Below, piece after piece: positions 1 to 11,494 of a stretch of DNA of 64,000 nt (its first letter is position 1; each line of letters opens with the position of its first letter). The DNA is taken from contig NC_086108.1 of the NCBI RefSeq assembly GCF_963921235.1, forward strand, positions 109,308,001-109,372,000, in the 5' to 3' direction. The notes under the pieces are model-generated. The model was not told the origin of the DNA. It did not search any database and saw only the letters and a program-made list of their open reading frames with translations. This DNA comes from Mobula hypostoma (Eukaryota). Both the position numbers and the translations under genes were made by a program.

Positions 1-876
1 TGGGAGGGGGAGGGGGAGATCCGAAATGATAGGAGAAGACAGGAGGGGGAGGGATGGACCTAAGAGCTGGACAGGTGATTGGTAAAAGGGATACAAGGCT
101 GGAGAAGGGAGAGGATCATGGGATGGGAGGCCTAGAGCGAAAGAAAGGGGAAGGTGAGAACCAGAGGAAGATGGAGAGCAGGCAAGGAGTTATTGTGAGA
201 GAAAAAAGAGAGAGAAAAAAAGAATGAATGAATAAATAAATAAGGGATGGGGTAAAAAGGGGAGGAGAGGCATTAACAGAAGTTAGAGAAATCAATGTTC
301 ATGCTATCAGGTTGGAGGCTACCCAGACGGAATATAAGGTGTTGTTCCTCCAACCTGAGTGTGGCTTCATCTTGACTGTAAAGGGGCCATGGATGGACAT
401 AACAGAATGGGAATGGGATGTGGAATTAAAATGTGTGGCCACTGGGAGATCCTGCTTTCTCTGGCGGACAGAGTGTAGGTGTTCAGCAAAGCGGTCTCCC
501 AGTCTGCATCGGGTTCGCCAATATATAAAAGGCCACATCGGGAGCACCGGACGCAGTACATCACCCCAGTCGACTCACAGGTGAAGTGTCGCCTCACCTG
601 GAAGGACTGTCTGGGGCCCTGAATGGTGGTAAGGGAGGAAGTGTAAGGGCACGTGTAGCACTTGTTCTGCTTACAAGGATAAGTGCTGGGAGGGAGATCG
701 GTGGGAAGGGATGGGGGGGACGAATGGACAAGGGAGTCGCGTTGGGAGCGATCCCTGCGGAAAGCAGAAAGAGTGGGGGAGGGAAAGATATGCTTGGTGG
801 TGGGATCCAGTTAGAGATGGCGGAAGTTATGGAGAATTATATGTTGGATCCGGATGCTGGTGGGGTGGTAGGTGAC
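1..876 (-). mobile_element. Penelope-like retroelement 3' fragment (GIY-YIG endonuclease + pyrimidine-rich tail), frameshifted
   Basis: Minus-strand peptides HFTCESTGVMYCVRCSRCGLLYIGE and RLGDRFAEHL..DLPVATHFNSTSHSH, typical of PLE GIY-YIG domains; same sequence recurs at 15.4k, 46.3k, 51.5k. Confidence 0.9.
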
Positions 877-921
877 AACTTTCTGGGAACATAATTTCAG
901 ACTGTTTGTATCTTGTAGGAA

Positions 922-1618
922 TTTGGAGAAACAAGGAGAAGATGGCGGCGCGGCGGCAGCGCGTGCAGCCTCTCCGGTGATGAATATCTGTAATCTGTCA
1001 AGTAGGGGACCGTGCACAATCCTGATTTGATGGAGACGGACATGTGAGTACGGAGGAACATCTGGAAAACTTCTGAAATGCCCGCTTCGCCGCTGCTGCT
1101 ACTGTGTGGTAACCTGAATCTCCGAAGCAGAAGGCCCCGAAATCCTCGGCTTTGCGTGTTTCAGCGGCCAGGGCGAGGTCGAAGGTGCTCGGCAGAGGTT
1201 GGAGCTCGGGAGGCTGTATCGGAGGGGCTGGTCGGAAGCTCGAAGTTTTCAGACGGATAGACTCAGTGTCGGCTGTGGTCGGCTGCTTCCAAGGCATCAG
1301 CAAGTTGACAGTGCCTGGAGGGTTCTGGCAGGGAGTTTCTCCCTTTTGCCACCTGCTATCGGAGACTCGGGAGTCGATCGACTCAGGGACTTTTGAGATT
1401 TTTTTTACCGTGCATATGGTTTGTTCTTCATCAAATTATGGTATTGCTTTACACTGCTGTAACTATATGTTATAATTATGTGGTTCTGTCAGTGTTAGTC
1501 TTTGGTCTGTTCTGTTTTCTGTGATGTCACTCCGGAAAAACATTGTATCATTTCTTAATGCATGCATGCATTTCTAAATGACAATAAAAGAGGACTCCGT
1601 GCTCTCATAATCTAAAAA
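922..1618 (+). mobile_element. CpG-rich non-coding retroposon (non-autonomous, LINE-mobilised type)
   Basis: Starts near AAGATGGCGG (YY1-like motif seen at LINE 5' ends), ends with ATGACAATAAAA and a taatct/A-rich tail; no coding similarity recognised. Confidence 0.55.
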
Positions 1619-1768
1619 ACTAAATAATTAACTTGTATGGAATGCACTGCATTTAATTACATAACTTTGCTGTTGCTTTGCAATAATTCAATAAGCTAAA
1701 AATGTTTTGTTGATGATTTTCATTTGTACTCAGTCTCTGAGACTTCTCACTTGTGTCCAACAATGTGT

Positions 1769-1797
1769 TCTCTCTCTCTCTCTCTCTCTCTGTCTCT

Positions 1798-1839
<42 letters not shown>

Positions 1840-1969
1840 CTCTCTCTCTCTGTCTCTCTCTCTCTCTCTCTGTCTCTGTGTGTGTGTCTCTCTCTCTCTG
1901 TCTCCGTGTCTCTCTCTCTCTCTCTCTCTCTCTGTGTCTCTCTCTCTCTCTCTGTCTCTCTCTCTCTCT

Positions 1970-2000
<31 letters not shown>
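1769..2000. repeat. Compound (CT)n/(GT) microsatellite
   Basis: ~230 bp of tctctc interrupted by tg/tgtg; explains the SLSLSL/RERERE ORFs. Confidence 0.98.
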
Positions 2001-2003
<3 letters not shown>

Positions 2004-2054
2004 TGTGGGATCACCTTCTTCGTTGCCATGTTAAGTATATTTCACGATCGTACA

Positions 2055-2188
2055 CAGGATTTTTACAGGAAAGGAATGGAGGGTTATGGGCTGAGTGCAG
2101 GTCGGTGGAACTAGGTGAGAGTAAGAGTTCGGCACGGACTAGAAGGGCCGAGATGGCCTGTTTCCGTGCTGTAATTGTTATATGGTTA
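2055..2188 (+). mobile_element. CR1 LINE 3' UTR remnant
   Basis: ggagggttatggg...gaagggccgagatggcctgtttccgtgctg resembles tails of other CR1 copies in the window. Confidence 0.7.
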
Positions 2189-2189
2189 C

Positions 2190-2760
2190 ACAATCACATT
2201 TACTTTTCTGGTTTCTGATGTGGATGATATTGAAAAATGTGGCATTTGTGATGATTTGTCTGCAGATTTGAAAACTGGTTTATTTATACTGTTTTTATTG
2301 AAGAAATTATTGATTCACTATGTCGAATTCCAAAGAAGCAAAGAGTGTGAAGGGCAAAAGAACTGTTAGTTCATTTAAAGCGGAATAGGTTAATGAAACA
2401 GCAGAAAATTATACTCCGAAAGCTCATGAGGTCAGGAACGTGCAGCTACGAGAAATATTTATGTACAAAATGGAAATTGGTGTTACCTGTGTGTATTGTT
2501 GCTGGAGAATTTTCAAGTGAGCAGAAGTGGAGTGATATTTGGAAACTTGACTTTTTAAAGCATTATTTAGCAAGCAAATCACATATAGATGTTGTGTAAA
2601 AGTTCTGGTGAGTAAATCCTTCATACCCGCTGCAGACCTGCCACGTATGTTTTGTGAGAGTACAGAAGAACGAGATCAAAATTTATCAAACCCAGAGGAG
2701 ATCAAAGTTCTTATTGACAGTGTTTTGCTAGCTGTACAAATGAATACCTCTATATATAAA
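2190..2760 (+). mobile_element. Degenerate hAT-type transposase N-terminal fragment (ZNF862-like TTF zinc finger)
   Basis: GVTCVYC followed after a frameshift by GEFSSEQKWSDIWKLDFLKHYLASKSH (C-x2-C...H pattern) and NPEEIKVLIDSVLLAVQMN; stops and frameshifts present. Confidence 0.5.
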
Positions 2761-2784
2761 GTTGGGTGTGCACACACTGGTCAT

Positions 2785-3135
2785 TACAAATCATTACAAA
2801 ATACATTGTCCGTAGTTACCAAGAACATTTTCAACAACATTCCTGAGTACCTTCCATTCAAATTTCTCTGGTCCTGCTAGAGGTTGTTCAAATTGCCTGT
2901 CATCGATGACCTGTTTGATTTGCGGACCGACAAAAATGACTTCCTTAAACTTGGGATCATTTATTCTGACTTGAACTATGAATTGAAATAACAAATATAG
3001 GCTATTTCAAACACATGGTGAAAGGGAAATTTCATGGTGATTTTCATGATCAGCAGCCCAAAGTCCATAAAATACACACAAAAGCGTTCAGGAAGCAAAA
3101 TCTCTGTTGTCGGTGTAATCAAAACCCATCTGCAC
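2785..3135 (-). mobile_element. Chapaev-3-like (CMC) DNA transposon remnant
   Basis: Peptide KFKEVIFVGPQIKQVIDDRQFEQPLAGPEKFEWKVLRNVVENVLGNY resembles the KIKEGIFVGPQIR...EK.AW..F..VV.NFLGN motif recalled for this family. Confidence 0.7.
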
Positions 3136-3234
3136 GTTCCCTCTACTCCCCACACCCACAAGGAAGAAGATACAAAAGTCTGAAAGAATGTTCCATCAGG
3201 CTCAAGGACAGCTTCTACCCCGTTGTATGAGGGT

Positions 3235-4908
3235 AGGGACTGAAGAGGGTGGCAGCAGTAATGGGGAACTCTATAGTTAGGGGGACAGATAGGTGATTCT
3301 GTAGACAGGAAAAAGAAACATGGATGGTAGCTTACTTCCCAGGTGTCAGGGTCCATGATGTTTCTATATGCCTCCACAATATCCTGAAAAGGGAGGGTGA
3401 GCAGCCAGAGGTCGTGCTACATAGTGGTACCAATGACATAGGTAGAAAAAGAGAGGAAGTCCTGGAAACAGACTACAGGGAGTTAGGAAGGAAGTTGAGA
3501 AGCAGGACCTCAAGGTTAGTAATCTTGGGATTGCTGCCTGAGCTACGTGACAGTGAAGATAGGAATAGAATGAGGCAGCAGATAAATGTGTGACTGAAGA
3601 ATTGGAGCGGGGGGCAGAGATTCAGATTTTTGTCTAATTGGGACCTCTTCTGGGGCAGGTATGACTTGTACAAAAGGGATGGGTTGCACTTGAATCCAAG
3701 GGGAACTAACATTCTTCCGGGCAGATTTACTAGAGCTGTTGGGTGTAGTTTGGACTGATATGATAGGGGTTGGGAACCAGTATGATAGAGCTGAGGATGA
3801 GAATGAGCCAGCAGGTTTATAAGTAGCTGATGGGTGTAACATGAATGTATGGAAGGACAAGTCAGTGACTGGGTACACCTGCAGACAGAGCAAAGAGTAC
3901 TGTAGAGGCAAAATTCAAAAGGCCAAAGAATACAGGACTGAAGATGCTGTGTTTAAATGCGTGTAGCATTCAGAATAAGGTAGACAAACTCGTGGCGCAA
4001 TTAGAGATTTGTCAGTATGACGTTGTGGGCACCATTGATTCATGGCTGAAAGAAGGTCGTAGTTGAGAGCTTAACGTAAGAGGATATACTTTGTATTGGA
4101 AGGACAAGCAGGAAGGTATAGGCGGTTGTGTAGTTCTGTTAGTAGGAGATGAGATAACATCTTTAGAAAGAGGTGACAGAGGCTCAGAGAATGTTGAATC
4201 TTTGGGTGTTGAGTTAAGAAACTTCAAAGATAAAAAAAACTATTCTGTGGATTATATATAGGCCTCCAAATAGTAGCCAAGATGTGGAGTTGAGATGGCA
4301 AAGGGAGCTGGAAAAGGCATGTAATAAGGGTAATGACACAATTGTAATGGGGGACTTCAATATGCAAGGGGATTGGGAAAATCCGGTCGGTGTTGGATGA
4401 TCGCAGGAGAGGGAATTTGTTGAATGCCTATGAGAAGGTTTTTTAGAACAGCTTATGCTTGAACTTACTCGGGAAGACTATCTTACATTGGGTGCCTGTG
4501 TAATAACCCTGATCTTATTAGGGAGCTTAATGTAAAGGAACCCTTAGGAGACAATGATTATAATATGATTGAATTCATACTGCAGTTTGAGAGGGAGAAG
4601 CACAACTCTCTTGTATCAGTATCACAATGGAATAAAGGGACTTATAGAGGCATGAGAGAGGAGCTTGCTGAGGTGGATTGGAGGAGAATACTGGCAGGGG
4701 ATGACAGCAGAGCAGAGATGGCTGAAGTTTCTGGGTATAGTTCACAAGGCACAGGACAATGTCCCACAGAAGGAGGTGTTCTCATATGGCAGTGGAAGGC
4801 AAACATGACTGACAAGGGAAGGTAAGGACTACATAAAAGCCAAGGAAAGGGCATATATTGTAAGGTAGAAAAAGTGAATTGGAAGTTGGATAATTGGGAA
4901 GCTTTTAG
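3235..4908 (+). mobile_element. CR1 LINE 5' part: ORF1 SGNH-esterase and ORF2 APE endonuclease, decayed
   Basis: GNSIVRG..FPGVRV..VVLHSGTNDIG (esterase blocks); then LNACSIQNK..GYTLY..VMGDFN (APE); many stops. Confidence 0.9.
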
Positions 4909-4911
4909 GTG

Positions 4912-5720
4912 GATAGATATACTTTAATAATCCCGAGGGAAATTTGGTTTCGTTACAGCCGCATCAACCAAGAATAGAGTGTAAATATAGCAATACAAAA
5001 ACCCCCAACAATCAAACAACAAAATGCAAACTATGCCAGATGGAAAATAAGTCCAGGACCAGTCTATTGGCTCAGGGTGTCTGACTCTCCACGGGAGGAG
5101 CTGCACGTTCGATGGCCACAGGCAGGAACGACCTCCCGTGCCGCCAAGTGTTGTATCACGGTGGAATGTGGCCGGAGTCCAACAGTAAAAAGTTCAATAT
5201 CCAGTCTGCAAACACTTTCCTCGATCGTAATATGCCCCGGATTGCACCATCCGTTGTTAACCAGATCAGTAAGCACCCAACTCCTTAACACTTACTGCTC
5301 TCAGTGCACTTCCGGTCAGCTGGACCAGTATTACCCAGCGAACTCCTCTTCTCCAAAAGTCTCTGTTGTCTTGACCCGGTCCTCTTTCCTCAGCTTTGTG
5401 ATCCCCCTCTGCGTGTTTTCCTCTGGATTTCAGCAGGGGTGTCCGCCGCTCTGCTCGCTAAACCGGCCAGTATTTATTGGTCCGTGGAATACACAATGCG
5501 ACCTTGCTTCTGTCCCACATGTCGGGATGTAACCATTTCCAGCGCTAAAGAAAACCCAAATAAAACTCTCTCTACCAGCATGTTAGAGAGGGTGCAGCTT
5601 CGACGCGTTACCGTGAGAAAAAAAAGACAAAAAATAACATAAATTAAAAAGTAAGAAGAAGAAAGTAAGAATAGATCGGAATGGCTGTACTAGGCTGCGT
5701 GCACGACCGGCGCATGCGCT
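4912..5720 (-). mobile_element. Internally deleted Rex1/Babar LINE derivative
   Basis: 5' UTR + APE fragment LVNNGWCNPGHITIEESVCRLDIELFTVGLRP fused to the ORF end (..SDTLSQ) and 3' tail shared with 30340-30835. Confidence 0.8.
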
Positions 5721-6239
5721 CAGACTAGAGCCCTGTTGACTGGCCTGACTTGTTTTCACCCCTCATAACGGGGATGTAGGACTGGACTTTGAGAGACTTT
5801 TCTGCACTGTATCTCTAAATAAAACATAGAACACTACAACTCAGTCCAGGCCCTTTGGCCCACAGTGTTGCGCAAACAAAACCTACTCTAACATTAATCT
5901 ACCCCTTCCCTCCTATTTGTCACAAATACATTGAAACAGTAAAATATACTGTGAAATATGTGTCAAGGACCAACACAGCCTGAGAATGTGCTGGGGGCAG
6001 CATGCAGGGGTCATATAGCTTCTGATGCCAACAGTGCATGCCCACAACTCACTAACTCTGACTGACCCATATGTCTTGGGAATGTGAGAGGAGCCCAGAG
6101 CACCCGGAGGAATCCCACATTGTCATTACAGACAGTGACAGGAATTGAACCCTGACTCTTCGCACTGTAAAGCGTTATGGTAGCCGCGATGCAACCATGC
6201 CTTCAATGATAACAAACCTGATCCTGGTTCAGACTCCCC

Positions 6240-6540
6240 TCCAAGAAGACCACGACTTTGTCATGTTTTACATGCCTCAATAAACTGGCGAGCTATGTTG
6301 TCTGGAGTCAGGGCTTTGTGCTTTTGGTAGGGTCACCCAGGTCAGAGGGTAGAGGCCAGACCAAGCCTGTTCCACCAGTCCTCTACGTCCGGAGGTTCAA
6401 CTCAGGGCTAACAATCCTGACTGGAAAAAAAAAACAAATTTGTTACAGAAATGATGCATTTATCTACATCTGAGTGTGATGGTATTCATGAGCTTCCACC
6501 CAGGACTGTGGATGAGTGGGGAAAAACGTAAGGAAACTTA
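6240..6540 (+). mobile_element. RTE (Expander/Rex3-like) 5' UTR fragment
   Basis: gagctatgttg..ggtagggtcaccca..ggtagaggccagac..gggctaacaatcctgactgg; second copy at 34120-34455. Confidence 0.6.
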
Positions 6541-6577
6541 CAGGCAGAACTTGCAAACTCCACGCAGCACTGAGGTC

Positions 6578-6885
6578 AGGATCAAACTTTATGCTTTATT
6601 GTCGCCAAACAATTGATACTAGAACGTACAATCATCATAGCGATACTTGATTCTGCTCTTTCCGCTCCCTGGATTACAAATCGATAGTAAATATTAAAAA
6701 TTTAAATTATAAATCATAAATAGAAAATAGAAAAATGGAAAGTAAGGTAGTGCAAAAAAACCGAGATGCAGGTCCGGATATTTGGAGGGTACGGCCCAGA
6801 TCCGGGTCAGGATCCGTTCAGCCGTCTTATCACAGTTGGAAAGAAGCTGTCCCCAAATCTGGCCGTGCGAGCCTGGGTCAATCTG
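6578..6885 (-). mobile_element. Rex1/Babar 3' end
   Basis: ARTARFGDSFFPTVIRRLN C-terminus then 3' UTR with AATAAA. Confidence 0.75.
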
Positions 6886-7060
6886 ATCTTCAAAAGGACC
6901 CAAGGGCAGAGCCTCAGAACAGAAGGATGTCCTTTTGGAACAGAAATGAGGAATTCGTTCAGCCGGACAGTGGTGAATCTGTGGGATTCATTGCCACGGG
7001 TGGCTGTGGAGACCAAGTCACTGGGTATAATTTAAGCAGGGTTTGATGGGTGCTTGATTA

Positions 7061-7488
7061 AAACTTACCATCACAACACGCTGGAGGAACTCGGCAGGTC
7101 GGGCAGCAACCGTGGAAACAATCAGTCAACGTTTCGGGCCGGAACCCTTCGTCAGGACGGTAGAGGGAGGGGGCAGAGGCCCTATAAAGAAGGTGGGGGG
7201 AGGGTGGGAAGGAGAAGGCTGGTAGGTTCCGGGTGAAAAACCAGTAAGGGGAAAGATAAAGGGGTAGGGGAGGGGAAGCAGGAAGGTGATAGGCAGGAAA
7301 GGTGAAGAAGGAACAGGGGAAAACACAATGGGTAGTAGAAGGAGGCGGAACCATGAGGGACGTGATAGGCAGCTGGGGGAGGGGCAGAGTGACATAGGGA
7401 TAGGGGAAGGGAGGAGGAGGGAATTACCAGAAGTTGGAGAACTCAATGTTCATACCAAAGGGCTGGAGACTACCCAGACGGTAAATGA
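7061..7488 (-). mobile_element. Short Penelope-like element inserted in a CR1 tail, with 12-bp direct flanks
   Basis: ggtgcttgatta at 7049-7060 and 7489-7500; body matches PLE tail and carries a hammerhead motif. Confidence 0.85.
7123..7160 (-). ncRNA. Minimal type I hammerhead ribozyme motif (PLE-associated), core intact
   Basis: Minus strand ccgtc-CTGACGA-a-ggg-ttccgg-ccc-GAAAC-GTT-gactg: stem I, CUGANGA, stem II, GAAA, minimal stem III, NUH. Confidence 0.8.
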
Positions 7489-8021
7489 GGTGCTTGATTA
7501 GTCAGGGTGTCTAAGGATTCAGGGTCTGTAACAAATTTGAATGATTCCACCCATGACCATGTGGGTTTCCTCTGAGTACTCTGGTTTCCTCCCACATTGC
7601 AAAGAAGTATGGGTTAGGGTCTGTAAGATGTGGGCATGCATTATTGGTACCGGAAGTATGGCGACAGTTACGGGCTGGAGCCACCACATCCTTGGAATGT
7701 GTCAGTCGTTGACGCAAATGACGCATTTCACTCCTTGTTTTGATGTGACAAATAAAATGAATCTTTTAAAAGAATCTTTAATCTTTGATGGGGTTGAGAG
7801 GGAAAATAAATCAGCCGTTATCAAATAACAGGGCAGACTTGATGGGTCAAATGGCCTAATTCTGCTCCTATGCCTTATCAAAGTCAAAGTGAAAGTAAAT
7901 TTTGTGAAGTCAAAGTGTGTGTACAGTATATGTTACAATATACCACATTGAGCTTTATTTTCTTGAAGGCATTTACAGGAAAATAAAGCAATATAATAGA
8001 AATTAAGAAATGCATATCGAC

Positions 8022-8602
8022 CTATAAGACTATAAGACATAGGAGCAGAATTAAGCCATTCGGCCCTTTGATCTGCTCCCCCATTCCATCATGGCTGATT
8101 TATTATCCCTCTCAACCTTATTCTCTTGTATTCTCTCTGTAATCTTTGATTCCTTGACTAATCAAGAACCTATGAACTGCTGCTTTAAATATACCCAGTG
8201 ACTTGGCCTTCACTGCAGTCTGTGGCAATGAATTCCATAGACTCACTATCCTTTAGTTAAAGAAATTCCTCATCATCTGTGTTCTAAATGGGCATCCTTC
8301 TATTCTGAGGCTCTGCCCTCTGATCTTAAACTCCCCCACTACAGGAAACATACTCTCCATATCCACTCTATCCAGGCCTTCCAATATTTGATAGATTTCA
8401 ATGAAATCCCCCTTTACTCTTCTAAACTCCGGCGGGTACAGGCCGAGGGCCATCAAATGCTCCTTATATGTTAACCTTTCATTCCTGGAATCATTCTCAA
8501 GAACCTCCTCTGGACCTTCTCCAATGCCACCACATGGTTTCTTAGATAAGGAGCCCAAAACTGCCCACAGTACTCCAAGTGTGGTCTGAACAATGCCTTA
8601 TA
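8022..8602 (-). mobile_element. CR1 LINE 3' fragment
   Basis: LYKALFRPHLEYCGQFWAPY, GLYPPEFRRVKGDFIEIYQIL and CR1 3' UTR. Confidence 0.9.
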
Positions 8603-8784
8603 AAGGATCACTGGAGACAGGAGGCAGCAGCACTCCAAGTTATACAGTAATGATTCCTCTGCAATCCTACTAGCATTGCACATAAAAACCGACTTCCTAT
8701 TCTCTGCAGACAGCAGCCAACAGCCCATGGAAGAAGACTAAATAAGTTGGAGAGGTACAGTTCAAAATGAAGAAAAACAAATCA

Positions 8785-9295
8785 AGATTCAAGGTTGCTC
8801 AATGTCATTTCCAGCACATAAGCCTAAAGGGGAATGAAATAATTGTTACTCCAGATCCAATGAAGCACAAAAAAAACACGATAAGATAAAGGACACAATA
8901 ATAATAAAACACACAATAAATATAAATACATAAGATAGCTAACTGTATATACATAGATTGATTGTATGTCCATAAAGTGATGCTAGGCACAGGAGTGTCT
9001 GTACATAAGGTGACAGACAGGAAATGATAAAGTAGTGGTGGTTGGGGGTGTGGAGGGGGGGGATACTGGGTGGAGATGTTGATCAGCCTTACTACTTGGG
9101 TAAGGTAACTGTTTTTGAGTCTGGTGGTCCTTGCATGGATGCTACGTGGCCTCCTCCCTAATGGGAGTGGGACAAACAGTCCATGAGCTGATTGGGTGGG
9201 ATCCTTCATGAAGTTATTTGCCTGCTTCCGGCACCTTTCTGTATATACATCCTTAATGAGGGGTAGGCTGATGCCAGTAAAGCGTTGGGCAATTT
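8785..9295 (-). mobile_element. Rex1/Babar 3' fragment
   Basis: KDPTQSAHGLFVPLPLGRRPRSIHARTTRLKNSY; tail ending (cttgaat)n. Confidence 0.85.
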
Positions 9296-9928
9296 AAAAC
9301 AAATCTCAGGACTTAACTTCCAATGCACAATTAAGGTAGTGTTTCATCTAAAGTCAAATTAGATGTGTGTCATTCAATAGGATTCTCCAGTTAATAAAAT
9401 GTACTTAGAAATTAAATTAAGAAATGTTTGCCAAATTAAAAAAAATGAATGTGGCAGGATGGTAATAAGTTGGTAAATGAGGCAGTAAATAACATGGAAC
9501 AAGAATAGCAGTCACATTAATTGAAGCTCCACAGATGGTGAGAATGATAATATCTAGTGAACCCAACACAAAGAAGAAGTTGTCCAGATATTCACCAGAC
9601 ACTTATCTCGACAAATGTGATTTGTCTGCCAATGGCACATTAAATATTTAAAACAAAGACAGTCACACGTCTGTGGCGTCTCTTATGACTTCGGGATGTA
9701 CATGCTGCTTTACTGCTGAGAGCCTACATAGCATCCACGCCAGGACCTCCAGACTCAAAACCAGTTACTTTCCCCAAGCAGTAAGGCTGATCAACACCTC
9801 CACCCACTAACTCACCCCTCCACACCCCCAACCACCACTTCTTTACCCTAGTTACAGGCACTCCTGTGCCTAGCATTGCTTTATGGACATACAATCAATC
9901 TATGTATATAAGCTAACTTATGTATTTA

Positions 9929-9999
9929 CAGTACTGTGCAAAAGTCTTCAGCACATATATATTTATAGCTAGGGTGCCTAAGACTTTTGCATAGTACTG
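9929..9999. mobile_element. Tiny Tc1/mariner-type MITE (71 bp)
   Basis: TIRs cagtactgtgcaaaagtctt / aagacttttgcatagtactg; TA on left flank. Confidence 0.75.
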
Positions 10000-10414
10000 C
10001 GTTTGTCAACATGGAGCAGAGAGTCAGTTTGTAGATCCGGCGGGAGCAGAGTATGTTGGGAATGGTGATGGTGGAGCTCTGCGGGAGGGGTGTGGGACAG
10101 GTGGAAGAGAACGGGTGCCAGGGGCGGGGAATGGCCTGAGTGGGACAGGTTGCAGAGAAGGAGTGCCAGGGGCACTGGGGGTTGGCATGTGTGCAGATAC
10201 ACTCAGTCCTGAGACACTAGGCAAAGTCAGTTGATTTCAAGCAATTTTTATTGATCATTATAGACTGTCTCCCTGATGCTTTATGTTCCCTTCCCCTTTT
10301 CCCAACCGTGATTCCCCTCTCCCTGACCCCTTACCACTTTCAGTCCACAATAGACCCATATCAGAATAAGGTTTATCACTCACGTATGTCGTGATTTTTC
10401 TTTACATCTGTTTA

Positions 10415-11492
10415 CTGGAAGGAAGCTGAGCTTAGGAGGGTGACGGTGCCTAATGGCAACTCCTTTGCTTGCGTCTTCAGAAACAGCTCTATTCCCGTTT
10501 TTGACATTTCTTTTTTACCCTTTCGAGGGAAAAAGACCCTGACCTGGAGTTACTCGCTGACTTCAGTTCTTTGCAGAAATGGGACCCGCTCTTGGTGCCT
10601 CACGACCAGCCGCTTTTTGATATGCCAAGGATGCGGCCTGGAAGACTAGCGCGCCTTCAGGGCTCCAGAATTTCGTAGCTCTGGAGGCGGGCAGTCTCAA
10701 GGCTGATGACGCTGCCTGATGCATCGTGGGAGACGGGAGATCATAATCAGCAAGCTGGCTGCTGACTGTGTGCCCAGAGACCCAAGTTCTTTGGGCATAG
10801 AGCTCGGCAAAAAGTGACGCAACAGACTTTTAACACCATAAATCGGCGAGTTGCCTTGTTATGTCTCCTGTTACGGCCACCAAGTGGAGGAGGGGCCAGA
10901 AACAGTGTGGCTGAGACCAGAGGCCCAGCGGGTATGGTAAAATAAGTGTTGGGTTATATCAGAGAAATGTATGCAATATACATCCCGAATTTCTTTTTCT
11001 TCGCAAACATCCATGAAAACAGAGGGGTGCCCCAAAGAATGAATGACGGTTAAGTGTTAGAACCCAGATAAGTGTGAGGTGGTTCATTTTGGTAGGTCAA
11101 ATATGATGGCAGAATATAGTAGTAATAGTAAGACTCTTGGCAGTGTGGAACATCAGAAAGATCTTGGGGTCCGAGTCCATAAGACACTCAAAGCTTCTGC
11201 ACAGGTTGACTCTATGGTTAAGAGAGCATACGGTCCATTGGCCTTCAATGAAATGTGAAATGGGGGCACCTCTTTTTTCCTTATTAGGGAGAGAGCGAGC
11301 CTGTGGTATGTCGAATTACCAGGTGAATGAGTAGACTTTGGGGTACTGAAACTCTGTGTCTTTATTGATGCTTTGCTGCACTCTGGAGTGCTCGGTGGAG
11401 GGTGATGACACATTTTTGCTGGTAGGGGAGGGGAGGGTCATTGCTTTGCTGCTGCTTATGCATGGGGAGGGAGTTGGAGGGGCTTTGGGGTT
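10415..11492 (+). mobile_element. Non-coding interspersed repeat interrupted by an inverted templated insertion (10867-11248)
   Basis: CpG-containing non-coding body; the middle segment is the reverse complement of 12096-12708. Confidence 0.5.
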
Positions 11493-11494
11493 AA

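Noticed and set aside
1707..2218. ORFs of SLSLSL/RERERE
   Set aside because: Translation of a (CT)n microsatellite
8700..8760. Acceptor-like ttctctgcag on + strand
   Set aside because: Two frames stop quickly; the third has only a weak donor
9300..9660. Downstream exon for the signal-peptide exon
   Set aside because: Available minus-strand acceptors give short frames with stops and no recognisable peptide
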